From the NCBI GenBank assembly GCA_964490075.1, contig CAZBBK010000005.1, positions 124,001-154,779 on the forward strand: 30,779 nucleotides of DNA, read 5' to 3'. Made by a program: the position numbers and the translations under genes. Origin of the DNA: an uncultured Gemmatimonadota bacterium. GTDB lineage: Bacteria; GCA-2686955. Each line of letters begins with the position of its first letter. Within the stretch, counting starts at the first letter, position 1. This document shows, in pieces, positions 25,168-30,779 of this stretch. The notes under the pieces are model-generated. The model saw only the letters and a program-made list of their open reading frames with translations. It searched no databases and was not told the DNA's origin.

Positions 25168-26481
25168 TCATCGCGGCCCCACGTAATGGGCGAGCTCCCG
25201 CTGGAGCGCGGGGTAGCGGCGATACTCGGCGCGGATGCCGGACACCCATCGATGCGTGTTGGGGGTCGGGTCGAGCGCCTCGCAGATGGCGACGAGCTCG
25301 GCCGCGTGGCCGTAGTAGCGACGGCGCTTGTTCTCGGTGACGCCAGTCAGCCGCTTCTTGGCTGCACGACGCATGGCCCGGAGCATGGCTTTCCGCGCGG
25401 ACGGCGTCGGGGGCTCTCCAAATCCCGCCAAGTCGAGGATCTCCTCGACCGTCGGCGTGGCCAGTCGGGGCTCGTCGCGGTCGGCGCTGATCCAGTCGAG
25501 CTCGTCGAGGTCCAGCGCTCGGATCCGAAGGTGAGCAGGCTCCTGCAGCGCTGCGATGGAACCGCCTCCGAGAACCGCGCGGAACAACGGGACCAGCAGA
25601 TGACCCGGATGCTCCTTGTCGGACCATCCGAGTCCCGGCGCCGCCGACAGGAGCTTCGCGGCGGACTCGTGCTGACCGAGCAACACGTGCAGGAACGCCC
25701 GCTGCCGGCGCGCCGACTTCGGGCATGCGGCGAGAGCGTGCGTCGCCCGCTTGCGAAGGGTCCGCTTGCTCCTGGCCGAACCGAGCCAGCGGCCGAGGCG
25801 CAGCATGCTCGGTGCTTCTCGCCACGCGCGTTCGAGGCGCGCAGGAAGGTCCCTACGGCTCAGCGCCTGGGCGGCGAGCGCCGCCCCGTCTAGGAAATCC
25901 CCGCGCGCGTACTCCTTGTCCGCCACAATCGTCGCTGCTTCGTCGTGCGCCCGCAGCGCGGCCTTCCAGTCCTTCGTTCGAACCAGGGCTCGGCACCACG
26001 CGCGCAGATCGTCGGCGCGCTTCGTCGAGCGGGCGAGCTGGGCAAGTCCGTCCGCCCCCTCCGTGCGCTGGACGACCTCGCGGAGCCAGCGGTCGGACTC
26101 CGTGTCCCAGTCGTTCTGACGCTCGACATCCACACTGCTCTCGAGACGTGCTCGCCACCGCCGCAGGAAGTCGGCGAGACCGGGCAAGGGCTCGACGGCC
26201 ACGCGTTCCATTGGATCCGCGTAGCCCGCACGCTCGGCGGCCTCGGCGAAAGCGACGATCTTCGAAACGACGGCGTCGGACGGCCCGTTGGGCGGCCACT
26301 CTGATGCACCGCGAGCGACGCGCTCGATAAGACGGCCCACGTCGCGGCCATGGGCGCGGTCATCTAGCTCGAGCAGCAGCCGACGAACCACATCCCGAAG
26401 CTCATCCGCGTCCATCGCCGCCAGCGCCGCATCGATGTCGGATGGCCTGGGCTTGGCGCTCTTTCTGAGTCGACGCGCCAT
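25168..26481 (-). CDS. Hypothetical all-helical protein, possibly internally deleted
   Basis: ATG 26481 overlaps the upstream TGA (TGATG). The C-terminus NKRRRYYGHAAELV...YRRYPALQREL resembles the helical tails of SWIM-associated proteins. Confidence 0.72.
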   Translation of the reverse strand: MARRLRKSAKPRPSDIDAALAAMDADELRDVVRRLLLELDDRAHGRDVGRLIERVARGASEWPPNGPSDAVVSKIVAFAEAAERAGYADPMERVAVEPLPGLADFLRRWRARLESSVDVERQNDWDTESDRWLREVVQRTEGADGLAQLARSTKRADDLRAWCRALVRTKDWKAALRAHDEAATIVADKEYARGDFLDGAALAAQALSRRDLPARLERAWREAPSMLRLGRWLGSARSKRTLRKRATHALAACPKSARRQRAFLHVLLGQHESAAKLLSAAPGLGWSDKEHPGHLLVPLFRAVLGGGSIAALQEPAHLRIRALDLDELDWISADRDEPRLATPTVEEILDLAGFGEPPTPSARKAMLRAMRRAAKKRLTGVTENKRRRYYGHAAELVAICEALDPTPNTHRWVSGIRAEYRRYPALQRELAHYVGPR

Positions 26482-27698
26482 CACGAAAGCCCGAGCTGCC
26501 GGCCGAGGATCTTCGTGACGAAGCGTTCGCCGAAGGCCTCGGCTGCCACGAGGTCGCGGATGCGCGCCCGGATCTGCTCCGCACGTCCCGCGTTCTCGGC
26601 GGCTCTGATGGTGTGGGAGTAGGCGGCGTGCACGTCGACGCCGGTGATCTCGTAGCCGTAGCCTTCGACGAGCCAGTGCAGGGCGGCCATGCCCGCCTCG
26701 ATGGCGAAGGGCGGGTTCTTCTCCGCGAAGTCTCGCGCCGCCCGCGTGAGCGTCTGCGGCGAGCAGGGTGTCCGCTTCGCCAGAGCGATCGCCTCGTCGA
26801 AAAGGCCGGCGCTCTTGGCCGCCGCGAACCACTTGCCCTCCTCGCTTGGCGTGCACGCGACGAGGTCTTCGAGGATCTCGGCTGGCCGCTTGTGCGGGTA
26901 CTTCTTGGCGATCGCGCGGAACCAGGCCAGATACGTTCCGGCTCGGTTCGCGGCAAGCCCGTAGCCCTCGTACGCCTCGTCCGTGAGCCCGGACGAGAGC
27001 AGGATCTCCTCGCAGAGCTGATCGATGTCGTCGTCGCTTGCCCAGGGGCTGCGGCTTTCCTCCGCCAGCCTGATCGCCTCGGCTCCCTTGCCCTGCGCGG
27101 CCAGAGCCTGCACTGCCCAGCGCTTGTACGGCCAGAACTTCTCCGACTGGAGCACATCGAAAAGGTCGGCGTGGCGACCGGCCGCGAAGAGAGCGCTCAG
27201 GCACGCGGTCGTGCCATGGAAGTGGCAGCGGGGTTTCTCGTCGGGGCTCAGCACCATCCGCGTGATGCCGATCAGCTCATCCGCCCAGCGGGACGCCAGA
27301 TCGGGCGACGCGCACAGCTCACCCCAATGGTCGGCGAGCTGCTCGATGTAGGGGATCTGGTCCTCGGCGTGCGCCTCGAAGAGCAGCTCGAGCCACTTCT
27401 CCCGGATCTTCTCGTCGGCGGGTGCCTTGGCGATGATCGGCACGAGCGCTCGGATGGCGCTGTTGACGGCCGTGCCAATGGAGCCGGAAGAGCTGTCTAC
27501 CCGTTCGATCGCGGGGGAGAGCTTCTCCAGGAAGAGCACGGCGCCTTCAGCCCCGAGCACCTTGTCCTTGCGGGCGATCTTCTTGATCTCGGAGACCGCT
27601 TCCTTGATGCGCTTGATCGCCGGCTGCGACTTCCAACCGAAGGCGTGGCGGCGAAAGCGCGCGCGGAAAACCCACTTGTGACGCTCAGTCGTCGCCAT
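26481..27698 (-). CDS. Hypothetical alpha-helical (TPR-like) protein
   Basis: Intact 405-aa ORF with GGAG before the ATG; KWVFRARFRRHAFGWKSQPAIKRIKEAVSEI...VDSSSGSIGTAVN, GKWFAAAK and GYGYEIT. Confidence 0.82.
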   Translation of the reverse strand: MATTERHKWVFRARFRRHAFGWKSQPAIKRIKEAVSEIKKIARKDKVLGAEGAVLFLEKLSPAIERVDSSSGSIGTAVNSAIRALVPIIAKAPADEKIREKWLELLFEAHAEDQIPYIEQLADHWGELCASPDLASRWADELIGITRMVLSPDEKPRCHFHGTTACLSALFAAGRHADLFDVLQSEKFWPYKRWAVQALAAQGKGAEAIRLAEESRSPWASDDDIDQLCEEILLSSGLTDEAYEGYGLAANRAGTYLAWFRAIAKKYPHKRPAEILEDLVACTPSEEGKWFAAAKSAGLFDEAIALAKRTPCSPQTLTRAARDFAEKNPPFAIEAGMAALHWLVEGYGYEITGVDVHAAYSHTIRAAENAGRAEQIRARIRDLVAAEAFGERFVTKILGRQLGLS

Positions 27699-28128
27699 CG
27701 CTCCCGTCCTCCGTCGGCGCGGCCAGGCGAACGACGCGCTCCGCCTCCTCGCGCTCGCGCTTGAGCTCGGTGCGCTGAGGGCGGTCGAAGTAGTCCACGT
27801 ACATCTGCATCTGCCCGAGGTCCTGGTGGGCGAGCTCGCCGGGCTTGAGGTCGACCAGAACGAATGGGTCCCTGATGACGTCCGAGGGGATGGCCGCCTC
27901 TTGCCCGCGCCGGGCCAGCGCGAACACCTCCTCCTGGTCCTTGTTCATCGCGAGGCGCTCGAAGAGCAGCGACGCGAGTCGTGTGGGCCGGACATCGGCG
28001 GCCTCACATGTTCTGGTCCTTATACGCCATAGCGTCTGCGCATTCAATCCGTCGGTGGCGGCAAGGGCGCGGGGCGGAGGGGCTGCGGCAGCACCAGCGG
28101 AAGTGCCTGCCGAGCGGCTGTAAACCAA
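27685..28128 (-). pseudogene. YhcG/DUF1016 PD-(D/E)XK nuclease relic with internal deletions
   Basis: SLLFERLA..DQEEVFALA..GQ....DVIRDPFVL is joined directly to VDLK.GELAHQDLGQMQMYVDYFD, then to ELKREREEAE. The expected intervening LLELG.GF.F...RQ and PTIGI.LC blocks are absent. Confidence 0.85.
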
Positions 28129-28227
28129 CGCGGCGACTCGCCGAGTTCAGTGCACCACCGCGCCGTGCTCTCTCCCCGCTCTCGGCCTCGGAGAGCACGA
28201 TCTGGCCGCAGACGGAGTTCGCAAGCG

Positions 28228-28245
28228 GCGCGTAGGAGATTCTGG
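28228..28245. repeat. 18-bp direct repeat, copy 1 (candidate IS91/ISCR oriIS end)
   Basis: GCGCGTAGGAGATTCTGG, identical to 30346-30363. Lies ~270 bp downstream of the minus-strand transposase relic. Confidence 0.75.
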
Positions 28246-28516
28246 CTGCGTTTCACGATTCAACCCGTGGAAGCGGGAGGGCCGGCGAACGTCGCACAGG
28301 TGTGCTTCCGGTGTGTTCGTGCGTCTATCGTCTCCTCCCGACCTCGGTGACCGCTGTCGACCTCCCGTCACCGGGCTTTGCAGAGGCTCGGCGCCGGAAT
28401 CTGTTACTTCGAGGGCAAGCCCGTCCATGTGGCCGTGTCGGGAACCTATCCGAGCGGTCGGAGCTCAGCGTGACTGGGGACGTGGGGCTGGGGAGCAAAG
28501 GAGTACTCGAGGAGTA

Positions 28517-29220
28517 GGTAGTCCACGTGGTCGGTGCCGTTCCGCCAGGGGCGCTTGAAGCGGTCGCGCACGTTGCCGTCGGCGGTGAGCTCGAGGCGGT
28601 CACCGGAGATTGGCGGGCGGGAGGTGTACTTGCAGAGCCGTTCGAGCGCGGCTCTGTTGCCGGAATCCACGGCCACCGAGGCATGTAGATCGAGCCCGCC
28701 CGACCTCGCGGAGACCCGTCCCCGTGACGGGATCGCCTCCACTCGCGCGAGTCGGTCCACCGGCGGCACGCGGGCGCCTCGACGTTCCCCCTGCGCGATG
28801 CGCCCCGCGGCGGATGCGGCGGCGAGCTGCGGCTGGAGCGAGGGCTCTTCGCCTGTGTCGAGCCAGTGCCCCTCCTCGTCGACCCAGCCGCCCTTGAGGA
28901 GCGCTCGGAGCACGCGGCGGGGATGGTGGCAGCCAAATGGTCGAGCTCCGGCGGCGTGGGTGCGGGGATCCGCTGGAACTCGGGTTCCTCACCATCCGCG
29001 CCCGAGAACACCCCGTCCAACGCGAGGACATGGAAGTGCAAGTTGACTCGTAGATCGGACCCAATCCTCTGCTCGAACGTCACCGAGCCGCACTCAAGAT
29101 TGGACACCCCCAGCTGCCTCCCCTTACGGCAAAGCCAGGCGTAGATCGCTCGGATGAACGTCCGCAGCACCACCCGCCGGAGCTTGGCGTCGAAGGCAAC
29201 TCGTGGGCGAGCGTCCGCTC
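28517..29220 (-). mobile_element. IS91/ISCR-family rolling-circle (HUH) transposase remnant
   Basis: GSVTFEQRIGSDLRVNLHFHVLALDGVF (HUH motif), frameshift near 28922, then GLDLHASVAV..NRAALERLCKYTSRPPI..DRL..RFKRPWRNGTDH. The N-terminal Zn domain and the C-terminus are not recognisable. Confidence 0.88.
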
Positions 29221-29487
29221 CGAAGGGCCGCTCTGCGGCGGGAATCCATGCGCGGCCCGGGCTCGCATCGACCGGGAGAGCGTCGCCAAAGGCGCCCGGC
29301 ACGCCGCTTCTCCCGGTGATTGGACGTGGATCGAGTTGGGCACCTACCCGATCGCCGCGGGTCTGCACGATCTCGAAATCGAATGGAAGGAGCAGGCGCC
29401 CGAGCTGGACCGCCTGCTCTTGACCAAGCGTGGGTACTTCCCCCTACAAGAGGAAGCACCACATATTTGGTAGACAAAGGGGCGCGA

Positions 29488-30135
29488 TCAGTACACCACA
29501 CCGAAGTACAGATCCGTCGCGCTGTGCTGGCTCCAGGTGACTCCGCCGTCGAGCGTCTGAGTGGCGTTGCCGTAGGGGAAGCTACCTACACTCTGACCGA
29601 CCACGAAGTTGGCGTTGACCTCGGCGTGGTAGACGATGTGGTAGGTCTGGCCCGCCGTCATCGTGACCGGAGGATTGAGCAACCCGTGGGCGGTCGTGAA
29701 TGCGGGATAGGCCGGCATGCCGACGACATCGATCGAGGCGGTCGAGCCGAGAACAACACCGGATGGAGCGCCCGCGCCGTCATCGGTTTGGATCTCGAAA
29801 CGGACGGTGCAGTCGTCGAAGCCGTTCTTGGCGAAGCCTCCGCCGACGAGGGTCACTGTTGCGTTTATCGGCGGGGTCACCGACTGGGCGACGATCCAGC
29901 CCACCGCGCCATAGGCACCCAGGCCCTGGGTCGGCGTCGCACCCCCTTCGTCGTAGATATAGAGCGCATCGGTCCCTGGGCCGTCGGCCTCGATTGGGGA
30001 GCTCTCGATGTGGGTCGGGCTCGTGATCGAGCTTTTTGCCACACCCTGCTCCGTCTCGATCGAAATCACCTCGGCTCGGGCTACGAGAGTGGCCCCGGCC
30101 ACGGCCGCCGCACAGATCATCAATTGCCTGTTCAT
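29488..30135 (-). CDS. Secreted beta-sandwich protein (resembles choice-of-anchor R-type domains)
   Basis: AGGAGG precedes ATG 30135; signal peptide. VAQSVT, EIQTDD..GAPSGVVL, TAGQTYHIV and DGGVTW....DLYF. The domain name is tentative. Confidence 0.72.
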   Translation of the reverse strand: MNRQLMICAAAVAGATLVARAEVISIETEQGVAKSSITSPTHIESSPIEADGPGTDALYIYDEGGATPTQGLGAYGAVGWIVAQSVTPPINATVTLVGGGFAKNGFDDCTVRFEIQTDDGAGAPSGVVLGSTASIDVVGMPAYPAFTTAHGLLNPPVTMTAGQTYHIVYHAEVNANFVVGQSVGSFPYGNATQTLDGGVTWSQHSATDLYFGVVY

Positions 30136-30345
30136 ATTCCGCCTCCTGGACTGTTTTGGAGCCATATCGGCTCGTGGAGCTCGAGCCGCTCTGGCTCCGG
30201 CTCCGTGCATGGTCTGAGAAGAGGCTAATCTCGGGATCGCCGTCCTGCAATAGACAGCTGACACGGGACCGCCGGATCTGTCGACAGTCTCAGGCACACC
30301 CGTTCAGAGGCTCCCGCGGCCAAGCCCCTATTGGACCCGCGGCTT

Positions 30346-30363
30346 GCGCGTAGGAGATTCTGG
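30346..30363. repeat. 18-bp direct repeat, copy 2
   Basis: GCGCGTAGGAGATTCTGG, abutting the 3' end of the IS630 fragment. Confidence 0.75.
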
Positions 30364-30726
30364 TGGTGTGATTCACGCTGTTGCCGACTTGTCCAGCTTT
30401 ACCCGCGCCCGCCCGACCTTCTCCAAGATCTTGTCTGCGGCGGCCGTCCAGACTATCTGCCTGGGATCGTTGTTGTGTTTCTCGATGTAATCCATGATCG
30501 TCGCTATCAGGTTTGGCACGCTCCGGAAGACGCCACGTTTGAGGCGCTTCTGATCGAGGTCGCGGAAGAAGCCCTCGATGACGTTGAGCCACGAGCTACT
30601 CGTTGGGCTGAAATGCGCATGGAATCGAGGATTTCGCTTGAGCCAACGCTTGACCTTTTCGTGCTTGTGCGTGGCGTAGTTGTTGACGATTAGGTGGAGA
30701 CAAAGCTCTGGTGGTGTCTGTTGATC
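30364..30726 (-). mobile_element. IS630-family transposase C-terminal fragment
   Basis: DQQTPPELCLHLIVNNYATHKHEKVKRWLKRNPRFHAHFSPTSSSWLNVIEGFF...RGVFRSV...IVWTAAADKILEKV; stop at 30373-30375. No start codon, and the DNY motif Asp appears as Asn. Confidence 0.92.
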
Positions 30727-30779
30727 TTAGGCGCTCGCCAGAATTGACCCACCTGTGCTCGTGAGAAGCGACCCACTTG
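30727..30779. mobile_element. IS21-family-like terminal repeat region (partial)
   Basis: Tandem GAATTGACCCACCTG (30741-30755) and GAAGCGACCCACTTG (30765-30779) at a 24-bp period, beginning where IS630 homology stops. Confidence 0.6.

Noticed and set aside
25168..27204. 678-aa version of the hypothetical protein
   Set aside because: The first ~240 codons overlap the 405-aa gene in another frame; the TGATG-coupled ATG at 26481 is the better start.
28228..30363. 18-bp repeats as a target-site duplication
   Set aside because: Longer than typical IS duplications, and IS91-type elements do not create them; kept instead as candidate element ends.
30331..30693. 120-aa plus-strand ORF
   Set aside because: Antisense shadow of the IS630 fragment.

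Overview
GC-rich bacterial accessory region, dominated by envelope and secreted proteins, with many eroded genes and a mobile-element graveyard at the right end. 1-9.3 kb: three sulfatase-fold proteins that all have Thr in place of the formylglycine Cys/Ser, an SGNH protein plus a truncated paralog stub, a transglutaminase-like membrane protein coupled to a double-CxxC lipoprotein, and a frameshifted cyclophilin. 9.3-22.4 kb: an orphan 40-codon tail of a beta-helix gene beside a 52-bp-period inverted-repeat array, then YceH/DUF480, an M43 metalloprotease, a DUF4139 protein, an acidic BPI/LBP-like protein, an acyl-CoA dehydrogenase, a two-module beta-helix protein, a GH16-like protein and an NADPH-dependent F420-reductase-family protein. 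22.6-30.8 kb: a CDGSH/glutamate-synthase pseudogene, a sterol desaturase, and a minus-strand cluster of hypothetical genes led by a collapsed DUF1016 nuclease. Next is an IS91/ISCR-type transposase relic plus an intact secreted gene, bracketed by 18-bp direct repeats resembling oriIS, followed by an IS630 fragment cut off by an IS21-like end. No rRNA, tRNA or CRISPR array was seen. All family calls come from motif recognition by eye, not database searches.
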